Shown: piece by piece, positions 1 to 14,090 of the stretch
How positions within the stretch are numbered: the first letter of the stretch is position 1
Layout: each line of letters opens with the position of its first letter
DNA from: Macrostomum lignano
Taxonomy: Eukaryota
Length of the DNA: 64,000 nucleotides
Assembly (NCBI GenBank): GCA_002269645.1
Contig: NIVC01002743.1
Span: 27,062 to 91,061 of the forward strand
Direction of reading: 5' to 3'
Notes under the pieces: generated by a model
Databases searched by the model: none
Told to the model about the DNA's origin: nothing
The model's input: the letters and a program-made list of their open reading frames with translations, nothing else
Made by a program: the position numbers and the translations under genes

Positions 1-411
1 GTGGGTGTCAGTCCGTCTTGCATGACCCGCGTCGAGTTCGCTGAGCAGCTGCTTGAGTAGAGAGATAGTTAGGTAGCTTAAAAATGACTGCCAAGTATCC
101 CGCTGGGTTCCTCATCCCGTGACTGAATAATTTAACGTCCACTGGGGGTGCTCAGAGACAGAGTTACAGTGCGGCTGCTGCTGCTGCTGCTGCAGTCTCT
201 GCTCAATCTGTGATGCGTGGAGATCTCTGCTGATGGAGTGAGTGAAAGTGTTAGTGAGTCACGTTTTCAGTTGGCTCACTCGCGCTATTTACTTGAGCGT
301 CTGGATTTGAGCTATTGATCTGGGGGAGTCTGAGATACTAATAGGGGACGAGTCTGAGATTGATGGGATCTCTAAATAGAACTGCGGAGAGTCCGCGACT
401 TATAAAGAGAG

Positions 412-1580
412 GAGAGTCTGAGATTGATCAATGGGAGAGTCTGAGATAGATCAATGGGAGAGTCTGAGATTGATCAATGGGGGAGAGTCTGAGATTGATC
501 AATGGGAGTCTGAGATGGATCAATGGGAGAGTCTGAGATTGATCAATGCGAGAGTCTGAGATTGATCAATGCGAGAGTCTGAGATTGATCAATGGGAGAG
601 AGTCTGAGATGGATCAGTGGGAGAGAGTCTGAGATGGATCTTTGGGAGAGAGTCTGAGATTGATCAATGGGAGAGTCTGAGATTGATCAATGGGGGAGAG
701 AGAGTCTGAGATTGATCAATGGGAGAGTCTGAGATTGATCAATGGGAGTCTGAGATTTGATCAATGGGAGAGTCTGAGATTGATCAATGGGAGTCTGAGA
801 TAGATCAATGGGAGAGTCTGAGATTGATCAATGGGGGAGAGTCTGAGATTGATCAATGGGAGTCTGAGATTGATCAATGGGAGTCTGAGATTGATCAATG
901 GGAGTCTGAGATGGATCAATGGGAGAGTCTGAGATTGATCAATGCGAGAGTCTGAGATTGATCAATGGGAGAGAGTCTGAGATGGATCAGTGGGAGAGAG
1001 TCTGAGATAGATCAATGGGAGAGTCTGAGATTGATCAATGGGAGAGTCTGAGATTGATCAATGGGAGAGTCTGAGATTGATCAATGGGAGTCTGAGATTT
1101 GATCAATGGGAGAGTCTGAGATTGATCAATGGGAGTCTGAGATAGATCAATGGGAGAGTCTGAGATTGATCAATGGGAGTCTGAGATGGATCAATGGGAG
1201 AGTCTGAGATTGATCAATGGGAGTCTGAGATTGATCAATGGGAGAGTCTGAGATTGATCAATGGGGGAGAGAGAGTCTGAGATTGATCAATGGGAGAGTC
1301 TGAGATTGATCAATGGGAGTCTGAGATTGATCAATGGGAGTCTGAGATTGATCAATGGGAGTCTGAGATAGATCAATGGGAGAGTCTGAGATTGATCAAT
1401 GGGAGTCTGAGATGGATCAATGGGAGAGGGTCTGAGATGGATCAGTGGGAGAGAGTTTGAGATGGATCAATGGGAGATTGAGAGTCTGAGATTGATCAAT
1501 GGGAGAGTCTGAGATTGATCAATGGGGGAGAGTCTGAGATTGATCAATGGGGGAGAGTCTGAGATTGACCAGTGATCAAT
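412..1580. repeat. Minisatellite, 21-25-bp unit GAGAGTCTGAGATTGATCAATGG
   Basis: About 50 tandem copies with variable GA/G spacers. Confidence 0.95.
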
Positions 1581-2281
1581 GTTGCTGCTTCCCACAGTTC
1601 AAGGTAAATCGACCCTCTATTAATTCAAAGTCCTCAATTTTATAATAAATATTGCCGGACAGAGCCCGCCGCCGCCTGTTGTCCGAAACATTTCTCGGCC
1701 AGATTATCAAGTAGATATCGGCCGCGCATCTGCCCCTCGAGAGCTTATGAAGCTCTTTGTCCGGCATGTAGATGCAGAGACGCGGACACAAAAAAGCGAC
1801 AACAGAAAATTCGGAAATGAGCTGTGGCAGGCGCGCGTGTAACAGTTGCCGTCAATCTTAAATCTTCATCAGTTTTGCAACATCTTTTGTGAGCAGTGTG
1901 AAGGTTTAAAGGCTCACTGTTATTGTTCGAGATCACTTCAGTGATAATTTCTTTCTTTTCCGTTCGCCTCTTTCTCCGTCATCTATCTCTTCCCCCCACT
2001 GCTTCCACAGCGAGCTGAGTGATTGCGTCACCGCTTGGTTTTTTGACAACGGGATTTTTTTCCACCATGAATCCATGGTCGGTTCCATGAATCTCCCTTA
2101 ACTCCGGTCCTCATTCATTTGAATATTGGTGGCGAGCGAATACAGACTTTATTTGCGTTGGTTCGGCCGATGGAGATCAACTTTGATGGAGAGGTTCGCA
2201 ATTGGGGAAGGTATAGAGACTGAGAAGTACAGATCAGGAATGTTTAAGTATTGAAAAGTAGATTTCGAGATATATTTCTAA

Positions 2282-3118
2282 GACACTGACAAGTAGACAC
2301 TGACAAGACACTGACCAGACACTGACAAGACACTGACAAGACACTGACTTCGGCAGTTTTACTTTAATTGACTAACTGACAAGACACTGACAAGATACTG
2401 ACAAGACACTGACAAGAAACTGACAAGACACTGACAAGACACTGACAAGACACTGACAAGACACTGACAAGACATTGACAAGACACTGACAAGACACTGA
2501 CAAGACACTGACAATACACTGACAAGACACTGACAAGACACTGACAAGACACTGACAAGACACTGACAAGATACTGACAAGACACTGACAAGACACTGAC
2601 TTCGGCAGTTTTACTTTAATTGACTAACTGACAAGACACTGACAAGACACTGACAAGACACTGACAAGACACTGACAAGACACTGACAAGACACTGACAA
2701 GATACTGACAAGACACTGACAAGACACTGACAAGATACTGACAAGACACTGACAAGACACTGACAAGACACTGACAAGACACTGACAAGACACTGACAAG
2801 ACACTGACAAGATACTGACAAGACACTGACAAGACACTGACAAGACACTGACAAGACACTGACAAGACACTGACAAGACACTGACAAGACACTGACTTCG
2901 GCAGTTTTACTTTAATTGACTAACTGACAAGACACTGACAAGACACTGACAAGACACTGACAAGACACTGACAAGACACTGACAAGACACTGACAAGACA
3001 CTGACAAGACACTGACAAGACACTGACAAGACACTGACAAGACACTGACAAGATACTGACAAGACACTGACTTCGGCAGTTTTACTTTAATTGACTAACT
3101 GACAAGACACTGACAAGT
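2282..3118. repeat. 11-bp minisatellite GACACTGACAA with a recurring ~35-bp interruption (higher-order repeat)
   Basis: The insert CTTCGGCAGTTTTACTTTAATTGACTAACTGACAA starts at 2348, 2600, 2896 and 3071. Confidence 0.95.
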
Positions 3119-3741
3119 AGTACTCGCATAATAATTAAACGCTTCAAGTCAGGCATTATCAAGTCTGCAGTTTTCGCAGGCATTCACATCAACACAATTA
3201 CTACAATATACGAGTAAGATTCCCCATTTGCCGCCAAACATTTTTATTGCAACCAGATGGACCAAAAAGCCTCTACCGAATTCCTTATTTTATCCGAACC
3301 AGAAACTTCGCACTTAGCCATGGTGAGTTACGTAACGGTTGGCTAAATTAATGAAATTCTGGCGTAGCCGCTGTCGGTACTGAGGCAGCTGATAAATCGC
3401 TCCGGCCTCTATCAGTGTCGTGTCCCCAGGTTGCTCCACTAGCAGTCCGAGGGGAGTCGAACCCGCGCAACCACCTCTAGCCCCCGTTTCCTGCTCACTT
3501 AGTTTGCGGTTCGATGAGGCGACGCGAAGCAATTGAGAGGCGGAGAATGGGGATTATGGGATCTGGAGGCGTCCTGGGCGGTCAGTCGGAAGTCGATTGG
3601 TGCTAATTTGGCGAGAAATAATGACTGGCTGCCTGGCTGGCTGGGGGCTGAGTAGAGAGGGGGAGAAGGAGAATGAGATGGGGCAGGTTGGGACCGACTG
3701 AGTTCAAACTATTTTATGGGACAGTCACTCTGCCTTTGACG

Positions 3742-4390
3742 AGGGGAGAGGGAGAGTGAGAGAGGAAGGGAGAGGGACAGGTAGAGTGAGAGAGGAAGGG
3801 AGAGGGAGAGGTAGAGTGAGAGAGGAAGGCAGAGGGAGAGGTAGAGTGAGAGAGGAAGGGAGAGGGAGAGGTAGAGTGAGAGAGGAAGGGAGAGGGAGAG
3901 GTAGAGTGAAAGAGGAAGGGAGAGGGAGAGGTAGAGTGAGAGAGGAAGGTAGAGCGAAAGAGGAAGGGAGAGGGAGAGGTAGAGTGAGAGAGGAAGGTAG
4001 AGCGAAAGAGGAAGGGAGAGGGAGAGGAAGAGTGAGAGAGGAAGGCAGAGCGAAAGAGGAAGGGAGAGGGAGAGGGAGAGTGAGAGAGGAAGGCAGAGCG
4101 AAAGAGGAAGGGAGAGGGAGAGGTAGAGTGAGAGAGGAAGGTAGAGCGAGAGAGAAAGGGAGAGGGAGAGGAAGAGTGAGAGAGGAAGGGATAGGGAGAG
4201 GTAGAGTGAGAGAGGAAGGGATAGGGAGAGGTAGAGTGAGAGAGGAAAAGATAGGGAGAGGTAGATGGAGAGAGGAAGGCAGATGGAGAGGGAGAGTGAG
4301 AGAGGAAGGGAGAGGGAGAGGTAGAGTGAGAGAGGAAGGGAGAGGGAGAGGTAGAGTGAGAGAGGAAGGCAGAGGGAGAGGTAGAGTCAG
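3742..4390. repeat. Purine-rich 30-bp minisatellite GAGAGGAAGGGAGAGGGAGAGGTAGAGTGA
   Basis: Tandem copies; source of the REEGRGRGRV and FLSHSTSPSP pseudo-ORFs. Confidence 0.93.
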
Positions 4391-4994
4391 AAGAAATGGA
4401 GAGGGAATTGCAGAGAGTGAAAGGGAGAAGGAGAGTGACAGGTAAGAGACAGGAGATCAAAGGTGCATGCCGAACCAACGCGGGCACCGTTAGTTAGCAC
4501 CTGACCAACAAGAAGCTGCTTGCGGGGTCAAGAGGGTGAGAAGGATGAGACTAAAAGATAAAATCACCCCCTAATACTGACTGGGCCAAACGATAATTCA
4601 GACATCCCCCATCAACCAAAGGATGCGCCTGGCCCATCAACCTACCACCTGTCAAATCCCGGATAAATGAGGGATCAATTCATCTCCCACTGGGATAATT
4701 TTTTGTGGGATAATTACGGCGAATTCCATTCTGGATGTGCATCGCCTGCATCGTCTCTGGCTTAAGTGGGTCTGAATTGCTTTGAACAAACCGATTCTGA
4801 CTGCGGTTGCCGGGGGGGAGTTTAGAGGAGCGGTGAAGTGTCCATGGAGCTTGCGGTCAACCGGACTTGATGGGGCTGATTGATGAAGGCATAAAACTAT
4901 CTCGAAGCACGTTGATAGGCAGTCGGGGTTTTGTTGTGTCAAGTGCTCTTTTTATGAGAAATTCTTAAGGTACTGTGAGTTACTTTATAGGTAG

Positions 4995-6010
4995 ATTCTA
5001 GGGTAGATTCTAGAGTATATTATAGGGTAGATTCTAGAGTAGATTCCAGGGTAGATTCTAGGGAAGATTCTGGGGTAGATTCTAGGGTAGATTCCAGTGT
5101 AGATTTTAGGTATATTATAGGGTAGATTCTAGGGAAGATTCTGGGGTAGATTCTAGAGTAGATTCCAGGGTAGATTCTAGGGAAGATTCTGGGGTAGATT
5201 CTAGGGTAGATTCTAGTGTAGATTTTAGGTATATTATAGGGTAGATTCTAAGGAAGATTCTGGGGTAGATTCTAGAGTAGATTCCAGGGTAGATTCTAAG
5301 GAAGATTCTGGGGTAGATTCTAGGGTAGATTCCAGTGTAGATTTTAGGTATATTATAGGGTAGATTCTAAGGAAGATTCTGGGGTAGATTCTAGAGTAGA
5401 TTCCAGGGTAGATTCTAAGGAAGATTCTGGGGTAGATTCTAGGGTAGATTCCAGTGTAGATTTTAGGTATATTACAGGGTAGATTCTAGGGAAGATTCTG
5501 GGGTAGATTCTAGAGTAGATTCCAGGGTAGATTCTAGGGAAGATTCTGGGGTAGATTCTAGAGTAGATTCCAGGGTAGATTCTAGGTAGATTCTAGGGTA
5601 GATTCTAGATATATTCTAGGGTAGATTCTAGGGTAGATTCTGGGGTAGATTCTAGGGTACATTCTAGAGTACATTTTAGGGTATATTCTAGGGTAGATGC
5701 TAAGGTAGATACTTGGCTGAATTCTAGATAGATGCTAGGCTGAATACTAGGTATACTTTAGAGTATATTCTACGGTAGATTCTAGGGTAGATTCTAGGGT
5801 AGATTTAGGGTAGATTCTAGGATAGATTCTAGGGTAGATTCTAGGTAGATTCTAGGGTAGATTCTAGGGAAGATTCTGGGGTAGATTCTAGGACGATTCC
5901 AGGGTAAATTTTAAGGTGAGTTTTATGGTAGGTTTTAAGGTTGATGCTAGTTTGCATTCTAGGATAGATTCTAGGGGAATTTCTAGGGTACGGTAGATTC
6001 TAGGGTAGAT
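4995..6010. repeat. 12-bp minisatellite GGGTAGATTCTA
   Basis: Tandem copies with higher-order variant blocks. Confidence 0.93.
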
Positions 6011-7377
6011 AATTGATATAATCCAGATAAACGTATTTTACATAGTCTAGGTTTTAAAAGGATTGATTTTAGAAGTAGATTCCTGCTAGGAAGATTTGGA
6101 AAGTCTGTAAGTATGCAACTCACTACTCTGCCAGATGAGTCAGTGAATTCACTTCAAATCACTTTTATTATAATTTTTCAGTTATCCATTTTTGGCCATG
6201 AAATTTAATCCCATCCACTCGCCGCTCTCTCAACATTGCAAACAAAAAGATTTGTTTGAATGCCTGTCAGACTCTCTGCAGGTACAATTAAGCCATTTAA
6301 AACCGGGTTGTTATCTCTGTTTGGCGACTCTCTCAACCTTCCCTTGCTCTCTCTCTCCCCATTTTTATCCCCAAGTGGATCCGGAAACTTTATCTTTCTT
6401 GTCATAGGGAGAAAAAATTTCCCAGCATCCCACCATCATCATCCTGATCGGGTTCCCGCGCACAATATCTGCATTGGGGGTTTCAGGTTTCATGCCAATT
6501 TCCAGCTGAGGCCTGCTCGCTCTCTCTGGGATCGAGTCCCTTCCCTAATCGGCGTCACCCCCCCTGAGTTGGGATATGCTCACTTCCTCATCTCTTCCCC
6601 ATCAAGACAGGGAAGTTTAGACCCCTCACAAGTTGTTGCGCCTCTCTCTCTTATGCCAAGTAAAAAAATACCCAGAAAAATCCTATTCCCCTTTTCGTCC
6701 GTCCAATTTAAGAGCTCGGACAGGTGGGCAAACAATGCGGAGGAAGATGTCGAGGCGGAGGCTGGGGTTGATCCTCCGCGCAGTGTTGCACAAGTCTGTC
6801 TAACAAGGCCGATCCCAGTTCAGCACTGTGTCACCAATATTCCCCATTAGCAGCAGGCCCCCGCGAACCTTAAATCCACATCCCAGATCGCGGCCAGCAC
6901 TTGCGAATGGGAGGATCTGTCATTGCCAAAGCCAAGAGGAAAAGTGACAGCCAGGCGAGCAAAACCAGAAGCATTTTGCCTGTAACTTTATCTGCCTCTG
7001 GCCAAGTCAAAGGGCCTAACAAGAACCCCCCCCCCCTAAACTGGTTGACTTGTCCCAGCGGCGCAGGGGACGCGAACCGGAACTCTTTGAAAGAGATAAA
7101 ACTGCAGATCCAACAGTTTCTAAGGGGGGATCATAAAACATCTGGGTTGCTGTTTCAATTAAAACGATCGGTTTATACTCGGTCAGCCAGGGAGCAAGTA
7201 CTTAAAGACACGTCTGGATAGCATCTGCGCAATGTTTTCATGCGGATATTGGGGGGGGGGCACGCAGTACGTGTTGATTCTTATGACAAGAAGATGTAGC
7301 AAAAGCATTACGAGTGATTTCTAATAATATTTAGACCTAATTGAAGATTTCATTATCAGTTATCAGTTTTTATATGG

Positions 7378-7805
7378 AGCCTTGGCATCTCAGCAGTTCC
7401 CCCTGAGCCTTGGCATCTCAGCAGTTCCCCCTGAGCCTTGGCATCTCAGCAATTCCCCCTGAGCCTTGGCATCTCAGCAGTTCCCCCTGAGCCTTGGCAT
7501 CTCAGCAGTTCCCCCTGAGCCTTGGTATCTCAGCAGTTCCCCCCGAGCCTTGGTATCTCAGCAATTACCCCTGAGCCTTGGCATCTCAGCAATTCCCCCT
7601 GAGCCTTGGCATCTCAGAAATTCCCCCTGAGCCTTGGCATCTCAGAAATTTCCCCTGGGCCTTGGCATCTCAGCAATTCCCCTGAACCTTAGAATCTCAG
7701 CAATTCCCCTGAGCCTTAGAATCTCAGCAATTCCCCCTAAACCTTGGCATCCCAGCTATTCCCCCTGAGCCTTGGCATCTCAGCTCCCCACCCCCGTGAG
7801 CCTTG
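7378..7805. repeat. 28-bp minisatellite GAGCCTTGGCATCTCAGCAGTTCCCCCT
   Basis: About 14 tandem copies. Confidence 0.93.
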
Positions 7806-7934
7806 ACATATCAGATATTCCCAACCTGTGACCCTGGGCATCTTAGCAATTTTCCCCATGAAACTTTCAGCACATCGACCAGAAAGGCGTGAACGTGACC
7901 TATTAACACACAAACAAAAGTACACTCAGCTCAC

Positions 7935-8114
7935 CGTGCTCCCGGAACGGATCGTCATCAATAAAGCAGGTACCCGGCCGCTATCCGACTCGGACGACTG
8001 GGCGCTGGCCTCGCCGCCTGCACCGCCGCCGCGGTGACCACCAACGACCAGTCGTGACGTGCCCGGACCCGAGGCCAGCACTGGTAGGCCGGCGCCGGAA
8101 TCAAAATCGTGCAG
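7935..8114 (-). CDS. Putative internal exon, possibly part of the protocadherin cytoplasmic tail
   Basis: GC-rich 180-nt open frame LHDFDSGAGLPVLASGPGTSRLVVGGHRGGGAGGEASAQSSESDSGRVPALLMTIRSGST. It is bounded by the acceptor TTTCAG (ends 8115) and the donor GTGAGC (starts 7934). Phase 0/0 is compatible with the 18768 donor. Assignment to the protocadherin is inference. Confidence 0.45.
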
Positions 8115-8149
8115 CTGAAAGTTCGAGGGTTTTACTTTTATTGACGGGT

Positions 8150-8650
8150 TGGTTACGTTGAGAGCCCCATTCAGCTACGAGAGTATAACGTTAAGAGCCT
8201 CAACCAGATACGTGTACTTGTAGTTAAAGATACGCGAAAGTTATTGAGAGCCCTTATCTAGCTTATGGTTTAAAAAACGTTGAGAGCCTCGATTTTATCA
8301 ATAGCCCCTAAATAAGCAATTGCTGAGATTCTAAAACAGCCTGTAATTATGTCATTATGAACGTGAGAGCCTCATTCAGCTTCGAGCATAAGTCTATAAA
8401 CGTTAAGAGCCTCGACCAGATGCATGTAGTTAAAGATACGAGGGCCCAACTTATCTAGAAGTTCAAAAAACGTTGAAAGCCTCGATTTTTAATTTTGGAG
8501 CCCTAAAAATATTTAGTACACTTTTAAGAGCTTCCAATACAGAATATGAACATTGAGAGCCTCAATATCTTTATTAGGAACCCTAAAATAATTAGTACAC
8601 TTATACGAAACTTCTAGAACAAAAAATAAACGTTGAGAGCCTCAACCTAA
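8150..8650. repeat. Degenerate repeat with recurring AACGTTGAGAGCCTC motif
   Basis: The motif recurs about 9 times with variable spacers, inside a roughly 210-bp duplicated block. Confidence 0.6.
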
Positions 8651-9539
8651 TTGATCAATTAATACCCTGTGTAAATCGTAGAGAGCCCAATGTCTGTTTA
8701 GGCGTCGTTGAAAAGTCTCTAAAAAACCTTTTGCTCCTTTTTTCAACGTTATTCAGCATTCATCATCACCGTAAACGCTACACAGGAGCTGATGGACAGG
8801 TGCCACATCAATACAATTCAGATGCGCACACACCAAATACAAATATAGCCCTTTGCAGCACTGGTTAGTAGGTAATGTAAATTTGCACATGGCTTCCATC
8901 GCTTTAGAGCGGTGCAAATGGATTACGCAATCACCCCCCCCTAGACTGGACACTGAACAGCCTCTTGCAGAGAGTGAAGGTTCCAATCTGCATGGTCCCA
9001 CAAAGAGACTTTAACGGGGGATAGAGGTTTGGGTTAGAAATGGGAAATACGATAGTTAAACGGCTACGCTGTGTTCAAAGGAAAATGACCAAAACCCGGC
9101 AGGGAAGAGCGGCTGACCATAAAACAGCCTACAGGCAAGATTCTCCCAGCACCCCATCCCAATCTCTGCTTGTCCATCAGGCCGAATTGAGATCAATTGA
9201 TGATCATTTCACTCTTGCGCGCCCGTAGCAACTAAAAAACTTTGGCCTCGAGGCGATTCAATTCGAGTTGGAGTGGCGCCTATTTGAATGAAATTAATGC
9301 TAAAAATTATGTAATTTGAAATTTATCTATGAATTTAAGCCCCGCACAAGTGTTCGAAAAGTGCTATAATAATTTGCATAGCAACTCTCCTAGCAAACTC
9401 GAGGATTAAGAGGGTGAAGATACGAACATAGTTTTTGGACATGCTTATTTTTGAGTAGGAAGAGATAAACTGTTCTCATAGCTGAATCCTGCTCCGGGTC
9501 TAAATAGAACCGCTGGTTCATGATTCAAAAATGTTCTAT

Positions 9540-11490
9540 TTGGGTTGTTTGAGACACATTCTTCTCTAGTTTGAGACACATTCTTCTCTGGTTTGAGACA
9601 CATTCTTCTCTAGTTTGAGACACATTCTTCTCTAGTTTGAGACACACTCTTCTCTGGTTTGAGACACATTCTTCTCTAGTTTGAGACACATTCTTCTCTA
9701 GTTTGAGAAACATTCTTCTCTGGTTTGAGACACATTCTTCTCTAGTTTGAGACACATTCTTCTCTAGTTTGAGACACATTCTTCTCTAGTTTGAGACACA
9801 TTCTTCTCTAGTTTGAGACACATTCTTCTCTAGTTTGAGACACATTCTTCTCTAGTTTGAGACACATTCTTCTCTAGTTTGAGACACATTCTTCTCTAGT
9901 TTGAGAAACATTCTTCTCTGGTTTGAGACACATTCTTCTCTAGTTTGAGACACATTCTTCTCTAGTTTGAGACACATTCTTCTCTAGTTTGAGACACATT
10001 CTTCTCTAGTTTGAGACACATTCTTCTCTAGTTTGAGACACATTCTTCTCTAGTTTGAGACACATTCTTCTCTAGTTTGAGACACATTCTTCTCTAGTTT
10101 GAGACACACTCTTCTCTGGTTTGAGACACATTCTTCTCTAGTTTGAGACACATTCTTCTCTAGTTTGAGAAACATTCTTCTCTGGTTTGAGACACATTCT
10201 TCTCTAGTTTGAGACACATTCTTCTCTAGTTTGAGACACATTCTCTAGTTTGAGACACATTCTCTAGTTTGAGACACATTCTTCAGTAGTTCAACAAGAC
10301 ACATTCTCTAGTTTGAGACACATTCTCTAGTTTGAGACACATTCTCTAGTTTGAGACACATTCTTCAGTAGTTCAACAAGACACATTCTCTAGTTTGAGA
10401 CACATTCTCTAGTTTGAGACACATTCTTCAGTAGTTCAACAAGACACATTCTCTAGTTTGAGACACATTCTCTAGTTTGAGACACATTCTCTAGTTTGAG
10501 ACACATTCTTCAGTAGTTCAACAAGACACATTCTCTAGTTTGAGACACATTCTCTAGTTTGAGACACATTCTTCAGTAGTTCAACAAGACACATTCTCTA
10601 GTTTGAGACACATTCTCTAGTTTGGGACACATTCTCTAGTTTGAGACACATTCTCTAGTTTGAGACACATTCTTCAGTAGTTCAACAAGACACATTCTCT
10701 AGTTTGAGACACATTCTCTAGCTTGAGACACATTCTTCAGTAGTTCAACAAGACACATTCTCTAGTTTGAGACACATTCTCTAGTTTGAGACACATTCTC
10801 TAGTTTGAGACACATTCTCTAGTTTGAGACACATTCTTCAGTAGTTCAACAAGACACATTCTCTAGTTTGAGACACATTCTTCAGTAGTTCAACAAGACA
10901 CATTCTCTAGTTTGAGACACATTCTCTAGCTTGAGACACATTCTTCAGTAGTTCAACAAGACACATTCTCTAGTTTGAGACACATTCTCTAGTTTGAGAC
11001 ACATTCTCTAGTTTGAGACACATTCTTCAGTAGTTCAACAAGACACATTCTCTAGTTTGAGACACATTCTCTAGTTTGGGACACATTCTCTAGTTTGAGA
11101 CACATTCTCTAGTTTGAGACACATTCTTCAGTAGTTCAACAAGACACATTCTCTAGTTTGAGACACATTCTCTAGCTTGAGACACATTCTTCTAGTTCAA
11201 CAAGACACATTCTCTAGTTTGAGACACATTCTCTAGTTTGAACAAGACACATTCTCTAGTTTGAGACACATTCTTCAGTAGTTCAACAAGACACATTCTC
11301 TAGTTTGAGACACATTCTCTAGCTTGAGACACATTCTTCAGTAGTTCAACAAGACACATTCTCTAGTTTGAGACACATTCTCTAGTTTGAGACACATTCT
11401 CTAGTTTGAGACACATTCTCTAGTTTGAGACACATTCTCTAGTTTGAGACACATTCTTCAGTAGTTCAACAAGACACATTCTCTAGTTGA
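9540..11490. repeat. 22/19-bp minisatellite TTTGAGACACATTC(TTC)TCTAG with a GTTCAACAA variant
   Basis: 22-mers on the left; 19-mers plus composite units on the right. Confidence 0.95.
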
Positions 11491-12576
11491 AGACACAGCA
11501 TCCGAGTTGATGAAGACAAAAACGGGGACAGCAAAACTGAGGAGGTGAAATTTGGATACAATTAAGAAAATTTCAATCAGCATCGCAAAAAGAAGCGCGC
11601 AGATCACAGAGGGATTAGGCAGGGAGATCCAACTTCGCACGCTAACCTCAAAAAAACTACACCTCAAAGAGGTATCAGTTATGCCTTTATTTGAGTCCTG
11701 CTCACCTCTTGCGCCGAGGATTAGCGCGGCAGCTGAGCATCGCAACATCAACAGCAAAGGATAACGGCGGCCACTTATAACTGCTCAGCATTCCTCTCCC
11801 GGCTTCATCCGGGGAATCACGGAAAAAAGCGCAGGGTCGAGCAGGCAGAGGCGTCACGCATCGGGCAGGATGCGAAGCGGGGGGAGCCTCTTGCAGAAGC
11901 AGCAGAGCGGCTACTCGTGCGCTTCTGCCTTCTGCTTTTGCTGCCTTCATAACTCCTTTCTTCCTTCTCTCTATATTTCTGCTCAAATTTGATACAACAA
12001 TCTTCTAGTGGAGAAACACTACAGAGAAGCATTGATACTTAAACGCTTTGATGCTCAGTCACGAGTTTGAAAAAGCAGGGCATCAGGAACAGCTGCATCT
12101 GCTGAGCAGCCTTTGTACCCAGAGATACATGGGAACACTGTGTGAGTAATGAGTGCTGGGAGAACTGGCTCCCAAGGAGGGGGATGAGGTGTGATTAGTA
12201 ATCGATGCTGACTGAGGAAATTTTTCTGAATCAATCGCTGATAAAATTTTATTGCCTTCTCTAAGGAAAAGAAAGAGAAGAAGAGAAAAGAGAGGAGAGA
12301 GGGGAGGAGCGAGGGGACAGGGGAGAGGGAAAGGAACATTGGCAGAATAGAGAGAAGAGGGGAGAAAGGAGGCAAGAGGGGAGAAAGGAGGCAAGAGGGG
12401 AGAAAGGAGAGTAGAGAGGGGAGAGGAGAGAGTAGAGGGAAGAATGGAGAGGGGAGTGAGGAGAGAGAAGATTGGAGATGGAAAAAGCAACAGACAAAGA
12501 TATAAGTAGAAAATATAGTAAAGGGGGTATAGAAACACAGAAGAAAAATGTGAACAGCAGTATGAAACCACAAGCG

Positions 12577-12985
<409 letters not shown>

Positions 12986-13469
12986 AATGCAGGCTGCATT
13001 CGAGAGATCAAAGCGCAACGCTGGCCCCTCCGGCAGTTTCGCTCGCTCACCGCACAATTCGAGGCGTCTTAATTTAAGGGTTTTAAATCAAGCAGCGGTC
13101 TCGGAGCGACTGGGGCCTGAAGCTATAATAACAATGATTAGCAGTCGCCAGGGTAGCGCAATGAAACAGTGGGTGGCAGCCCCTGGCCCTTGGGTTGAGT
13201 AGGCAGGCAGGTTGAGTCAAAACAATGGCAGAGAAATTTTACGGAATGGCGTTTGTTGCCGACAGCAACGAATCACTGAGGGGAATAGCTTGGTCTTTTA
13301 TCGGAAGGAATTGCTGCTTGTTAAAATGACTCAGTCTTAGTAATGATACTAGGCATAAAAATAGTAATAATAACAATGGAATGCGACTATTCTGTAATTG
13401 TTATTTGTGTCTTCGTTGCTAGCTACTAACTCGCCGATACTCTCTACTCTTGTGTCTGATGAATATAAA

Positions 13470-14090
13470 AGTGGACATTTTCGCGCCAGAGTGGATATTG
13501 AAGCGCCAGAGGGGACATTTTCGCGCCAGAGTGGACATTTTCGCGCCAGAGTGGACATTTTCGCGCCAGAGTGGACATTTTCGCGCCAGAGTGGACATTT
13601 TAGCGCCAGAGTGGACATTTTAGCGCCAGAGTGGACATTGAAGCTCCAAAGTGGACATTTTAGCACCAAAGTGGACATTTTAGCGCCAAAGTGTACATTT
13701 TCGCGCCAGAGTGGACATTTTTGCGCCAGAGTGGACATTTTAGCGCCAGAGTGGACATTGAAGCTCCAAAGTGGACATTTTAGCGCCAGAGTGGACATTG
13801 AAGCTCCAAAGTGGACATTTTAGCACCAAAGTGGACATTTTAGCGCCAAAGTGTACATTTTCGCGCCAGAGTGGACATTTTTGCGTCAGAGTGGACATTT
13901 TAGCGCCAGAGTGGACATTGAAGCTCCAAAGTGGACATTTTAGCGCCAGAGTGGACATTGAGGCGCCAAAGTGGACATTTTAGCGCCAAAGTGGACATTT
14001 TAGCGCCAAAGTGGACATTTAGCGCCAGAGTGGACATTGTAGCGCCAGTGTGGATATTGAAGCGCCCAAGTGGACATTTTAGCGCCAAAG
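13470..14090. repeat. 20-bp minisatellite GTGGACATTTTAGCGCCAGA
   Basis: About 30 tandem copies with a duplicated variant block. Confidence 0.95.

Noticed and set aside
3440-3500. Perfect B-box/T-arm-like GGGTTCGACTCCC on the minus strand
   Set aside because: No A box or D-arm and anticodon arm at the right distance, so a tRNA or SINE cannot be supported.
6192-7221. Several 100-200-aa ORFs that might be retroelement remnants
   Set aside because: No RT, endonuclease, gag or transposase motifs recognisable.
8150-8650. CRISPR-like repeat-spacer appearance (also 2282-3118)
   Set aside because: Eukaryotic context, no cas genes, degenerate repeats, and spacers that are irregular or identical to each other.
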